In this document: one piece after another, positions 39,701-49,287 of the stretch
How positions within the stretch are numbered: position 1 is the stretch's first letter
How the letters are laid out: each line of letters opens with the position of its first letter
Source of the DNA: a bacterium
GTDB lineage: Bacteria > Zhuqueibacterota > Zhuqueibacteria > Residuimicrobiales > Krinioviventaceae
Assembly: GCA_963675755.2 (NCBI GenBank)
Contig: CAXXMD010000003.1
Span: forward strand, 3,360,001-3,424,000
Direction of reading: 5' to 3'
Length of the DNA: 64,000 nt
The notes under the pieces: generated by a model
Told to the model about the DNA's origin: nothing
What the model saw: the letters and a program-made list of their open reading frames with translations, nothing else
The model's database searches: none
Position numbers and translations under genes: made by a program

Positions 39701-42120
39701 ATCTTTTCGCAAACAAATGGGCCGAACACTATATTCAAACCGCCAATATCGATGCGTCAACAACCAGCACCTGGTTCAAAGGCGCCGGATTCTCTCCCAT
39801 TGGTAACAGTATCACAGAGTTTACCGGCTCTTATAACGGCCAGTACTATACCATCTCCGGATTGACCATCAATCGGCCATCAACCAGTGATGTCGGATTA
39901 TTTGGCTACGCCAGCGGCGCAAGCCTGGAAAATATTGCATTACTCAATACCGATATTACCGGTAACAATGCCGTAGGTTGTTTAGTTGGTAACCATAGGG
40001 CCAGTTCCACAGTAAGCAAGTGTTACTCTACCGGATCTGTCAGTGGTAACGATAATATTGGGGGTATTGTGGGAATGAGCTATAATGCTGCCCTTACGCA
40101 GTGCTATTCCATGGCCGGCGTTAGCGGGACCTCGAATGTGGGTGGTCTTGTGGGCTATAATTATATTTCCGCTACAGTACAAAATAGTTATGCGCGAGGC
40201 AATATATCAGGTACCTCCAAAGTTGGCGGATTGGCAGGTAGGAATGCAGGTGGAACAGTCAGTCGATGTTATGCCACCGGTGAGGTTTCGGGTTCATCTG
40301 AGACCGGCGGCTTGGTGGGAGAAAACGTTTCCACGGTTAGTGAGAGTTTTTATGATCGGTCGACCACCGGGCAAAGTGATACCGGTAAGGGAGAACCCAC
40401 ATATACTATATTTATGAAAATCCACCAGATTTTTACCAATGCCAATTGGGACTTTGCAACAGAGACTGCCAACGGCAGCGACGATGTGTGGGACATGGAT
40501 TATAACCAGAACATCAATGATGGCTATCCCTATCTAAGCTGGCAGGACGGCAGCAATGTGTCACTCAACTGGGTAGCTACCCAGCCTTCAAATGGTGACG
40601 GATCGAGCGGCGATCCCTATCAGATTGCCAATTTGGAAAATCTTGCCTGGTTGTCACTGTATACCACTCCCTGGGATAAATATTATATACAAACCGCAAA
40701 TATTGATGCCTCGGCAACCAGTACCTGGAATGGAGGTCTTGGATTTTCACCCATCGGTAACAGTTCTGCCTGGTTTGTCGGCAATTACGATGGTCAATCT
40801 TATACTATCACCGGCCTGACCATCGACAGGTCAGGTACCAATAATGTAGGTATGTTTGGTTATACAAATTATGCCGTTATAAAAAATCTTGGGGTGTTAT
40901 CTGTTGATATTACCGGCAACAATAATGTTGGCAGTTTGATTGGTAATTTAAATAGCTCCAGTACTGTAAAAAAATGTTACTCAAACGGCAGCGTAACCGG
41001 CAATACCAATGTGGGTGGTTTGGCAGGGGCCAACAACAATGGGCTGCTTGGTCAGTGTTATGCCAATACCAGTGTTTCGGGCTCTACCGATATAGGTGGA
41101 TTAGTGGGATGCAATAACTATTCCTCTGAAGTGAACAACTGCTATGCCAAAGGAAGTGTTTCAGGCACATCAAACATAGGCGGTCTGGCAGGTTCAAATA
41201 TCTCAAGTGCAACGCTGAATAAAAGTTATGCCAGAGGCAGTGTTTCCGGTTCATCTGCTACCGGTGGGTTGGTAGGTTCTAATTCGGCCAGTGTGACCTA
41301 TTGTTTTTACGATTCGGAAACCACAAACCAAAACGATACCGGCAAAGGCACACCTAAATCCACATCAGCAATGAAAACCCTTTCCACGTTTACGGATTCT
41401 GATTGGGATTTTGAAGCAGAAACGGCTAATGGCAACAATGATTACTGGGACCTGGATTGCAGTTGTTCCATAAACAATGGTTATCCCTTTCTATCATGGC
41501 TGAATGGAGAGGATGTGGCGCTGCCTGTAGAATTGTACAGTTTTACAGCTGCTTGTGATAATGGAATAGTGATTTTGGATTGGAAAACAGAAAGCGAACG
41601 CGATAACCTGGGTTTTATTCTCGAACGGCACGATGAGAGCAGCGATTGGTTGGAAATTGATTCTTACAAATTATGCGAGTCTCTCAGGGGCCAGGGAACA
41701 ACTGTGTCAGAGACAGGATATTCATACATCGATAATGCGGTGAATCCCGGAAATACCTATACCTACCGTTTATCGGATGTAAATGTCAGTGGTGCGGTAA
41801 ATGTACTTGCTTCAGTATCGGTCAAAGTAGAGTCTATTCCAACAACAACGCAATTGTACCCGGCGTATCCCAATCCGTTCAACCCGGCAACTACCATCCA
41901 GTATGAACTTGCAAAAGACGGATACGTAAGCATTGTGGTTTTTGATGTACTGGGCAAACAGGTACAAAAATTGTTCGCTGGCAGGCAATCTGCAGGAAGT
42001 TACCAATTACAGTGGAACGGTCAGGATGACTGCGGAAGTCAGGTATCGAGCGGGATTTATCTCATTCGTTTCCAGACAGGAAATCTTGTACGGACACAAA
42101 AGATCATGTTTGTTAAATAA
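36769..42120 (+). CDS. Secreted GLUG-motif repeat protein (5 large modules) with LPVEL-Ig + FlgD-Ig/T9SS-type C-terminal domain
   Basis: Paralog of the upstream gene; RBS GAGGAG; ALPVELYSFTA; YPNPFNPATT...KIMFVK. Confidence 0.85.
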   Translation: MRKLYSVLLIVVFLTTGLYADGTQPPGSGTSDEPYEVSTLDHLLWISTNSTSWGKHFEQTADIDASATATWNSDGEGGYEGFSPIGNVWTVSDEFTGTYDGQGYTIEDLYINRTSANVGLFGWIQGGSVENLILRNVNITGDSHVGGLAGLNSQGVITNCSSSGSVSGYTYVGGLVGLVQYSAEVHECRSLCSVSGTDLVGCLAGNASFSAVINNSYARGSVGGTSYVGGLLGRNSDGCLVNNCYAAASVSGDSQVGGLVGENDGTISNSFYDQETTGQSDTGKGKPKTTEQMKLLSTFTNAGWDFENETNNGTDNIWDIDYINSTNSGYPYLSWQDGEAVSQPSGPDGSGTSDDPYQISTLTDLCWLSQNQSSWDKHFIQVNYIDASGTSSWCGGFGFSPIGNVWTVSDEFTGTYDGQGYTIEDLYINRTSANVGLFGWIQGGSVENLILRNVNITGDSHVGGLAGLNSQGVITNCSSSGSVSGYTYVGGLIGLMSRGQINECRSLCSVSGSSCIGGLVGSTADDAVIKNSYVRGIVNGSVQEIGGLVGRATSGLFNNCYATGSVSGDSDVGGLVGSNTSATVSNSFYDQETTGQDDTGKGIPKTTTEMKDYTTFINAGWDYVSETVNGSDDDWDQDCSESINNGYPYLNWQDGTSVSLTILSIVPSVGDGSASDPYQIANINNLYWLSQNSDQWGQNYIQVANIDASDTGSLDGGSGYSCIGSLATNFSGTYDGQGYVIDDLQINRSSEDYIGLFGFTNGAEISSVGLTGADITGGQYVGGIAGVISSGRIVQCYTKGSISGTSDVGGVTGSNNNCLIRNCFSAAGISGTSNIGGLTGNNTNSATIDKCYARGSVSGTSDVGGLVGTNSATVTSSFFDGETTGQSDNSGKGVPKTTQAMQTFSTFFNAGWDLEVEINNGSNNNWDMDYTGSFGGCYPYLSWQDGSEVSIPSKPAAGTGSSSNPYQISSLSDLAWLNLFANKWAEHYIQTANIDASTTSTWFKGAGFSPIGNSITEFTGSYNGQYYTISGLTINRPSTSDVGLFGYASGASLENIALLNTDITGNNAVGCLVGNHRASSTVSKCYSTGSVSGNDNIGGIVGMSYNAALTQCYSMAGVSGTSNVGGLVGYNYISATVQNSYARGNISGTSKVGGLAGRNAGGTVSRCYATGEVSGSSETGGLVGENVSTVSESFYDRSTTGQSDTGKGEPTYTIFMKIHQIFTNANWDFATETANGSDDVWDMDYNQNINDGYPYLSWQDGSNVSLNWVATQPSNGDGSSGDPYQIANLENLAWLSLYTTPWDKYYIQTANIDASATSTWNGGLGFSPIGNSSAWFVGNYDGQSYTITGLTIDRSGTNNVGMFGYTNYAVIKNLGVLSVDITGNNNVGSLIGNLNSSSTVKKCYSNGSVTGNTNVGGLAGANNNGLLGQCYANTSVSGSTDIGGLVGCNNYSSEVNNCYAKGSVSGTSNIGGLAGSNISSATLNKSYARGSVSGSSATGGLVGSNSASVTYCFYDSETTNQNDTGKGTPKSTSAMKTLSTFTDSDWDFEAETANGNNDYWDLDCSCSINNGYPFLSWLNGEDVALPVELYSFTAACDNGIVILDWKTESERDNLGFILERHDESSDWLEIDSYKLCESLRGQGTTVSETGYSYIDNAVNPGNTYTYRLSDVNVSGAVNVLASVSVKVESIPTTTQLYPAYPNPFNPATTIQYELAKDGYVSIVVFDVLGKQVQKLFAGRQSAGSYQLQWNGQDDCGSQVSSGIYLIRFQTGNLVRTQKIMFVK
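37009..38240 (+). repeat. 281-bp identical intragenic direct repeat (37009-37289 and 37960-38240)
   Basis: No mismatches seen by eye; offset 951 nt (317 codons); the flanking module sequence is clearly diverged. Confidence 0.9.
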
Positions 42121-42153
42121 TTATATGTTTTGGCAGAGGTAAGGGGTAATGCG

Positions 42154-42189
42154 TGCCAGAGATACATGTTGTATCTCTGGCATTTTTTT
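42154..42189. terminator. Terminator between convergent genes
   Basis: TGCCAGAGATAC-ATGTT-GTATCTCTGGCA followed by T7. Confidence 0.75.
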
Positions 42190-44695
42190 ATTTCACAAAC
42201 AGAGCTTTTTTGGTTATTATATGACTTTTTGTTTCCAATTTGTAAAAATAAATGCCGCTTGAAAGATCCTCCGCATTCAGAATATAGGTATAAGCTCCCG
42301 CATTTTTTTGTTCGTTCACCAGTTCACGAACTTTTTCCCCCAATACATTATACAAGGTCAATTTTACATTTGATTTGTAGGGTACAGCATAGTTTATTGT
42401 TGTTGTCGGGTTAAACGGATTGGGATAGTTTTGATCTAAACAAAACTGAGTGGGGATTGCTGTATCGTTCTCTCTTGAATCAATGCGAGTATAAACAGGA
42501 GGCTCTTCCGGTAGCCAGTCATAGCTGAATCTGGGATTTGAGCTTTTGGCGAATATATTTTCAAGGGTATATTCTATTGCTTCTTCATCGGATAGCTGTC
42601 TGGAGATGGGAGTCCTGTATGTTGTATCTGAACCTGCTCCATAGCAATTATATTCTGCATATAATGCTGGCTGTACATTCCATGCTGACCATCCAACCAG
42701 TGAAAGCGCTGCCGGTTCAAGTGTATTGATAAATACGGTGCGCGGTGCTCCCTGCCAGGGGCGACCCAGCACAAACGTGTAAATCTCTTTACCATCAAAC
42801 CCAATGTCATCATTGCTGATGATACAATCTTTGAATACATAACCAAATTTGGAATCTGCTTCAGTGGCTGCTGCTGTCAGTGCCCCGCCATTTCGGTTGA
42901 TGTGAATTTCGCAGCTATCAAACAACACAATATTGCGTCCGAAAATAAAATCAACCGATCCTTCAATGTAACAGTTTTTCATATAGGTCCTGCCGGTTCC
43001 GCGGCCACCCCATGTATAATAGGTATCCTGATAGCCAAGCAGTTTGCAGTTGTAATAACTTTGCCGGTCTCCGTTTACACGTAGAGCAACCGCCTGTTGA
43101 TCATTAAAACTGCCATCATTGACCACAGTATTTTGAAATGTGATATTGACTGCTGTAAAGTCATCCGCGTCAATAGCTGTGCTGTACGAATTGGAGGTGC
43201 CACCAGCTTTGCCAGCGTAATCATCATAGGCCAGTATGGTGCTGTCTACATTCTCGCCTCTTAGCGTTACATTGAGTTTGTCCCTGTCAAGTAACAGCTT
43301 TTCGTAATACACTCCGTTTTTGATATAAATATAATAATTGCCGGTATAATTGTCTGGTATGGAATCAAAAGCCTGCTGAACACTGGCATAATCTCCATTA
43401 CCCGATTGGTCTACAACTTTGTATACATCCGGTTGGGGAGCCAGGGTTGTGAACTCTCGAACCGATCCATAACCGGTCCCGGCGCTGTTTGTCGCATACG
43501 CACAGACGTAATAAGTAGTGGTTTCCTGCAAGGGGTAGATCAGGCTGTTAAAGGCTGACATGCCGTCACCCTCGATGTTATAACTGTCATCCAGAGTGGG
43601 GGAGCCGGTAGTATTCCACACCAATCCTTTGGCGGTAATTTCAGCACCGCCCCAGTCAATAACACTGCCGCCGCATTCCGCGGACTCAACCCGAACATTG
43701 GAAACACCGGCAGTAAATACCCAGGGAACAGTCAATGAATCCAGGGTTGTGAATGTAATTTCTTCTCCAAAAGCAGTACCGGCTGCGTTTATGGCGTATG
43801 CTCTTGCAAAATAATCCGTACCGGGAGTTAATTCTGTTAAAAGACTTGTAAATGAGCCTGAGCCGGTCCCATCTGATGTGTGATTGTCATCCAAAGTAGG
43901 AGAGCCGGTGGTATTCCATACAACACCACGCTGGGTGATTTGCGCGCCACCATCAGATTCTATATCTCCTCCGCAGGTGCAATATGTAGTGGAAATAAAT
44001 GTAGCATCTTCCGTAGAAAGACTGGCCAAATCGTATTCAATATCTCCTTCAACGGTACCACTGATCTTTACATCTTTTAGCAATAGGTATTTGCCGGTAA
44101 GGCCACTGGTTTGATTGTGGATCCAGGGATAAATTCGTAGATAAAACGCTTCATTGCCAGGGATTTGTACATTTAAATTCAATGATACTGTATGCAGCGA
44201 ATCGGCGCGTAATACATATCCGCTGCTTTCAAGCACAATAGATGCAGGGATTTCATCAAAAGTTGTAAAATTGGGATCCTGTGAGTGAAAAATACGGGCT
44301 TTGAGGTAATTGGTATAGTCTGCTCCAATTTTTAAAGAAATGTTTTGTATTGTTAAATCTGTACCGCTTTTGGCAGCTATAGAAAATTGAGTATAAACCG
44401 ATTCAATGATATTGGTTTGATTCTCCGGCCATTGTGTGGCTCCACCCGAGGGACGGTTGTCGCTGCGTTGGCTGTTTTCGGCACCGGTGTAACCATTAAC
44501 TCGCATACCGACGAATTGCTGGTCCATTGCATCTATGGGGCCTGAGGTCAAAACGGTTTGTCCGCTACCCTCAGTAGCAGGATCACTTAATTCCCATAAT
44601 GCATATGCAGAGGTGGTTTCATTTACCAATAGTCCAAAACTGTTACTGGTAATAAAAAGAATACAAAACAACAAAAGAAATGTTTTCCGATTCAT
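42188..44695 (-). CDS. Secreted pectin methylesterase (CE8) with two FN3-like domains and a C-terminal sorting domain
   Basis: GDYASVQQA, GVYYEK, QAVAL, GYQDT, IEGSVDFIFG, LGRPW; two ..GGA.IT..G.VW...YA.N.AGT repeats; NYPNPFNPTT...KKALFVK. Confidence 0.9.
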   Translation of the reverse strand: MNRKTFLLLFCILFITSNSFGLLVNETTSAYALWELSDPATEGSGQTVLTSGPIDAMDQQFVGMRVNGYTGAENSQRSDNRPSGGATQWPENQTNIIESVYTQFSIAAKSGTDLTIQNISLKIGADYTNYLKARIFHSQDPNFTTFDEIPASIVLESSGYVLRADSLHTVSLNLNVQIPGNEAFYLRIYPWIHNQTSGLTGKYLLLKDVKISGTVEGDIEYDLASLSTEDATFISTTYCTCGGDIESDGGAQITQRGVVWNTTGSPTLDDNHTSDGTGSGSFTSLLTELTPGTDYFARAYAINAAGTAFGEEITFTTLDSLTVPWVFTAGVSNVRVESAECGGSVIDWGGAEITAKGLVWNTTGSPTLDDSYNIEGDGMSAFNSLIYPLQETTTYYVCAYATNSAGTGYGSVREFTTLAPQPDVYKVVDQSGNGDYASVQQAFDSIPDNYTGNYYIYIKNGVYYEKLLLDRDKLNVTLRGENVDSTILAYDDYAGKAGGTSNSYSTAIDADDFTAVNITFQNTVVNDGSFNDQQAVALRVNGDRQSYYNCKLLGYQDTYYTWGGRGTGRTYMKNCYIEGSVDFIFGRNIVLFDSCEIHINRNGGALTAAATEADSKFGYVFKDCIISNDDIGFDGKEIYTFVLGRPWQGAPRTVFINTLEPAALSLVGWSAWNVQPALYAEYNCYGAGSDTTYRTPISRQLSDEEAIEYTLENIFAKSSNPRFSYDWLPEEPPVYTRIDSRENDTAIPTQFCLDQNYPNPFNPTTTINYAVPYKSNVKLTLYNVLGEKVRELVNEQKNAGAYTYILNAEDLSSGIYFYKLETKSHIITKKALFVK

Positions 44696-44880
44696 GAGAT
44701 TACCCTCAAGTTGAAATACGTCCCCAATACTGATTTGTGATATATTGATTATAATGAATTTTCATTCAATGAGCAAGGGTATATCCTGTTTTTTTATGCG
44801 AGTGAATGAAAAAACTGTTGTCAAGGGCTACAATTTATAAAAACCATAGGTTGATTCCATTTTTGATTAATTCCTCTCTG

Positions 44881-44948
44881 AAATGCGACATATGTACTGG
44901 TTTTTGCGACATGTGTACTTGGTTTCAGTAGTTTTTTATTATTAAATT
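44881..44948 (+). promoter_or_regulatory. 21-bp-period direct repeat (AraC/HTCS-type activator site) with candidate -10
   Basis: TGCGACATATGTACT (44884) and TGCGACATGTGTACT (44905); TAAATT at 44943. Confidence 0.65.
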
Positions 44949-45129
44949 TTCGTGTAAATGTTGGGATTGTTATTGATTTCTTAAAATTGATAGCAAAAAT
45001 GTGGATTTGGAATGTATTTGGTTTATGCATTTCCTCACTGTTAATAGATATATTTTAAAAATCAAAAAATAAATATTATAATTCCGTTTCACGCTTAAAC
45101 TTTGAATAGATAAAATATGGAAATCAAAA

Positions 45130-45996
45130 GTGGTTACCAGATACAAATTCATCTTTTTAATTTTTTTTTGCATGATGTTGGTTGCTGTTGTGATCGGTAG
45201 TTGTAACAAAATAACTCCACCCCAATGGTGGACAGCTTCAGGTAAACAAGTGATATGCACAAAATGGTTTACTGATGTTGCAGACACCTCACAAATACTG
45301 GAAACCGTTAACGGGATTTGGGTATTACCAAAACAACCTTTAGAGGATGACGACATAAAAACCGAATCCTCAACAACATCATTTTTCGCATCCAATGGGA
45401 AAATATCCATTTTGGGGCATGTGGACCAAATTGCATGTCATCAATCAGGCAATGTTCAGCAAGAGTATTATCGCTTTGAAAATGGCGATGTATTGCTGAC
45501 CGGTGTGAAAACCGCGGATTCCTCCCGGTTATTTATAATCTATGATCCGCCAATCATGTTGGTACCGGATAATTTGTTCGATATGGATACCAAAATTGTG
45601 TGTCAAGCCCGGTCACGCTATCATAATGAACTGACAGGATTACAAAGTCAGGGGCCTCTTGTACATATAGAGATAGAACGTCTGCAAAAAGGCAAGGTAT
45701 TGTATCAAAATAAATCATTAGATGCAGTTGTATGTAAAGTGACCCTGTCTCAGGATCAGGAAATAAACTATCAGGATACAAAATTTACATTACCAAAAAC
45801 CAGAGTGATTTCAAATCATTTATTAATAGCTCGAGGAGTTGGGACGCTTTTAGAATGGGGTATACGGTATACGCATGATAACGAAAATACAAAAAGAAAG
45901 AAAAGAGATAACAGCAAGCTTGATAAAAAACTATTAATTGTTTTGCATAAACATACCAGTCATAAAAAAGAGGGAGAAAATAATGAAATTCAATAA
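45130..45996 (+). CDS. Hypothetical lipoprotein
   Basis: GTG start, hydrophobic stretch ending VIGSC (lipobox-like), beta-rich body; overlaps the next ORF. Confidence 0.65.
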   Translation: MVTRYKFIFLIFFCMMLVAVVIGSCNKITPPQWWTASGKQVICTKWFTDVADTSQILETVNGIWVLPKQPLEDDDIKTESSTTSFFASNGKISILGHVDQIACHQSGNVQQEYYRFENGDVLLTGVKTADSSRLFIIYDPPIMLVPDNLFDMDTKIVCQARSRYHNELTGLQSQGPLVHIEIERLQKGKVLYQNKSLDAVVCKVTLSQDQEINYQDTKFTLPKTRVISNHLLIARGVGTLLEWGIRYTHDNENTKRKKRDNSKLDKKLLIVLHKHTSHKKEGENNEIQ

Positions 45997-46243
45997 TCTT
46001 ATCCTTGTAATTTTGACTGTATTGGGGCATTCACTTAAAGACGGACCGGTTGAAATATCTGTTTATAATTTGTTGGGCAGTAAAGTAAAGACCTTGATTG
46101 ATATGAAAATGGCTGCTGGCAGCTATCAAACAATCTGGCAGGGTAAGGATGATTCCGGTCAGCAGGCAGCTTCGGGAATGTATCTGGTGGTTATGAAAAC
46201 CGGACAGAAAAGACAAACTCAAAAGGTGTTGTTGATAAAGTAA
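45983..46243 (+). pseudogene. Signal-peptide start fused directly to a truncated FlgD-Ig/CTD (passenger missing)
   Basis: RBS GAGGGAG, MKFNNLILVILTVLG, then immediately GPVEISVYNLLG...WQGKDDSGQQAASGMYLV...KVLLIK; lacks the YPNPFN start of the domain. Confidence 0.6.
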
Positions 46244-46262
46244 GATAAATTAGATAAAATAT

Positions 46263-46303
46263 AAAGTACTCTTGGATTAATATATCCGGGAGTACTTTTT
46301 TTT
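46263..46303 (+). terminator. Intrinsic terminator
   Basis: AAAGTACTCTTGGA...TCCGGGAGTACTTT followed by a T-run. Confidence 0.7.
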
Positions 46304-46392
46304 ATAAAAAGTTAATTACCTTTTGCATTTCAAAAAAAATATTAATAGGTTCAAAATATAAAAAATAAAATTCTTAAAAATCTAATTATGCA

Positions 46393-49287
46393 ATGAGAAA
46401 TGTGCACAAATATGGGTTTTTTATATTATTATTAATTTTATTGTTTGCAATCTCTTGCAGCAATCAAGGGGGATTTGCGAGTCAATCTGTTGAGGATTTG
46501 GTCAATCTGGACAAAGGCTGGCAATATCGAGTTGGTGATTCTCCAATAAATGAAAAAGGATCTCTCGTTTGGCTGGATGAAGACTGGGATGCTCCCGGTT
46601 GGAATAGGGTAAATGATATAAATGATTTTTTTATCAAAAACACAAGCAAAAGCCTGTGGCTGAGGATCCAATTGCCGGAATGGGAAAAAAATAATTCTGG
46701 TATTTATATTAATGGGATTTCTCAAGAGGTACAGGTTTATCTCGATCGGGAATTAATATATCAGTATGGTAATTTTATTTCCCTTGGTGATGATCATTTT
46801 TACGGTTGGAGACAACACCCCATCCAGCTTACACCCAATATTTCAAATAAAGTTTTAACCTTGCGTATTTGGTCCAATGGGCAATATACTGGAATTGTTG
46901 AACCTGTAATTTTGGCATCCATGTTTGATATCATGGAATCACTGTTTTTTCAGAATATTGATGAACTTTTGTTTGCCGGATTATTTATTATTCTTGGTGT
47001 GGCAATTTTAATTATTTTTATTTTTTTTCAACATACCCGTCTGTTTCTGGGTATTGCCATTTTCCTTTTATCTATGGGGTGCTTTACCGGTAGTAATTCT
47101 CTATATTTGCAATATATGGTTAACGCGCCACATCAATTTTTCATGCTTGATCTTTTTTCTCTTCTAGCTGCACCCATTGGAATTTTGTTGATCATTGAAC
47201 CCCTTGTATTACATAAATATGGAAAAATTATCAAACAGTTTAGACGATTTGCAATGCTGTATTGGATTTCTATATTTTTTGTGGTACAGCTTTTTCCTAA
47301 AATTAATCTTGATATTATTTACAACTTTTTTTTCTCTATGGTTGCATTTTTTGTTTTTACCAGTACTTTTTTTATATACAAAAGTTTGAGAAAAGGGGGT
47401 ATGCAAGTTAAAATACTATTTGTTGGTGTGCTTTTAACCCTGCTGGCTTTTTCAATTGAAACCATATTATATTATACCTCACAAAGAGTACTTTTAACTT
47501 CATATAATATGAGTTTTATTCCTGTGGGAGTATTGTGTTTTGTAGGCTGCCTGACATGGATTGTTGTACAGCAATATGTAGTAACCTATAAACAAAAAGA
47601 AGCAGCTTTCAAGAGTGTAATGGAATCTACACTTCAAAGAGAACGTATGAAAGATGAGATTAAACTGAAAAATCTTGAAACGGAAAAATGGCAGGAACTA
47701 AATAAAATGAAATCACAATTTTTTGCCAATATTTCTCATGAATTCCGTACTCCACTTACATTGGTGCTTGGAACAGCGAAGCAGCTTTTAAAAGAAGCAA
47801 ATGATCCCAAGGTTCAAGAAAAATATCATATTCAGATACGTAACGGCAATCGTTTATTACGTCTGGTCAACCAATTGTTAGATCTTTCAAAAATCGAATC
47901 TGGTAAGACCAGGGTTAATGCACAAAAACGTGATATTATTCCAATGATTAAAGGTGTCTGTCAGTGTTTTGAACATCAACTCAAACTTGAAGACATTAAA
48001 CTTACATGTAACAGCGGTGCAGAATCTATTTTATTATATTATGATCCTGCCATGATGGAAAAAATATTGGTAAATGTTATTTCTAATGCAATAAAATTTA
48101 CCAAACCGGGTGGACTCGTAACAATAGATATCATTGAAAAAGAAGTGCTGGAGATTCAGGTCAAAGATACTGGTTCCGGGATTTCTCAGGAATACTTGCC
48201 CCATATTTTTGACAGGTTCTATCAGGCAGGAAATAATTATGAACGTGATCCGTATGGCAGTGGAATTGGACTTGCGCTGACTCGTGAGCTCGTTTTGCTG
48301 CATCATGGGGAGATCAAGGCTGATAGTATAGTTGGGGTAGGGACAACCATTATCATTCAATTACTTTGGGGAAGGGACCATTTTAAAGATGAGGAAATTG
48401 TAAAATCTGACAAAGAAAAATTCATTCAAGATACTTTGATAAAGACTGAAATAGAGTATCTTTTACCAGATAAAATAATAAATATAGGTTCACAAAATAA
48501 TGTACCAGATGCTGGAAATGAGGTTGAAAACAATTTACCCATACTGCTTGTTGTTGAAGATAATATAGATATGTGCAATTATATTCACAACATATTACAG
48601 AATGAATTTAAAATTATCAAGGCATTGGATGGGAAAGCTGGATTTGATCTGGCAGCTGAATATGTACCGGATCTGATTATTAGTGATGTAATGATGCCCG
48701 AAATGGATGGTTTTGTTTTATGTGATCATTTAAAAACGGATGTACGTACCAGTCATATTCCTGTTATTTTGTTAACTGCACGATCTACCCGAGAAAGCAA
48801 GCTTGAGGGGTTACAGGTGGGCGCAGACGATTACCTTGTAAAACCTTTTGATGAGTCTGAACTTTTAACACGCAGCCTAAATCTTGTTGAGCAGAGACGA
48901 AAATTGCGCGAACGTTTTTCAAAAGATTTAAATACTCCATTCAATGTGTTGTCGACCAATCCATCAGATGAAAAGTTTTTGCAACGAGCGGAAGAAATTA
49001 TTCAAGCCAATTTAGATAATACCAATTTAACAGTAGAGTGGTATTGTCATGAGGTCGGTTTGTCCCGTTCACAATTACATCGCAAACTGCAAGCGCTTAC
49101 CGGCAAGTCAACAAGTAACTTTATACGATCCATTCGATTAAAACATGCTGTTGAGATGCTGGTTCGAAAATCAGATACCATTTCAGAAATTGCATATGCC
49201 ACAGGATTCAGTAGTGTAGATTACTTTCGGTATTGTTTTAAAGAACAATTTGGACTTACTCCTACCGATTACCTCTCTCAAAATTAA
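46393..49287 (+). CDS. Hybrid two-component system: periplasmic domain + 7TM + HisKA/HATPase + REC + AraC HTH
   Basis: FFANISHEFRTPLT, NAIKFT, GSGIGL, ISDVMMP, LSRSQLHRKL, ISEIAYATGF..YF..CFKEQFG.TP. Confidence 0.93.
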   Translation: MRNVHKYGFFILLLILLFAISCSNQGGFASQSVEDLVNLDKGWQYRVGDSPINEKGSLVWLDEDWDAPGWNRVNDINDFFIKNTSKSLWLRIQLPEWEKNNSGIYINGISQEVQVYLDRELIYQYGNFISLGDDHFYGWRQHPIQLTPNISNKVLTLRIWSNGQYTGIVEPVILASMFDIMESLFFQNIDELLFAGLFIILGVAILIIFIFFQHTRLFLGIAIFLLSMGCFTGSNSLYLQYMVNAPHQFFMLDLFSLLAAPIGILLIIEPLVLHKYGKIIKQFRRFAMLYWISIFFVVQLFPKINLDIIYNFFFSMVAFFVFTSTFFIYKSLRKGGMQVKILFVGVLLTLLAFSIETILYYTSQRVLLTSYNMSFIPVGVLCFVGCLTWIVVQQYVVTYKQKEAAFKSVMESTLQRERMKDEIKLKNLETEKWQELNKMKSQFFANISHEFRTPLTLVLGTAKQLLKEANDPKVQEKYHIQIRNGNRLLRLVNQLLDLSKIESGKTRVNAQKRDIIPMIKGVCQCFEHQLKLEDIKLTCNSGAESILLYYDPAMMEKILVNVISNAIKFTKPGGLVTIDIIEKEVLEIQVKDTGSGISQEYLPHIFDRFYQAGNNYERDPYGSGIGLALTRELVLLHHGEIKADSIVGVGTTIIIQLLWGRDHFKDEEIVKSDKEKFIQDTLIKTEIEYLLPDKIINIGSQNNVPDAGNEVENNLPILLVVEDNIDMCNYIHNILQNEFKIIKALDGKAGFDLAAEYVPDLIISDVMMPEMDGFVLCDHLKTDVRTSHIPVILLTARSTRESKLEGLQVGADDYLVKPFDESELLTRSLNLVEQRRKLRERFSKDLNTPFNVLSTNPSDEKFLQRAEEIIQANLDNTNLTVEWYCHEVGLSRSQLHRKLQALTGKSTSNFIRSIRLKHAVEMLVRKSDTISEIAYATGFSSVDYFRYCFKEQFGLTPTDYLSQN

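Noticed and set aside
36769-42120. Diversity-generating retroelement (TR/VR pair)
   Set aside because: The repeat is identical rather than adenine-variable, both copies are in-frame coding, and no reverse transcriptase is present.
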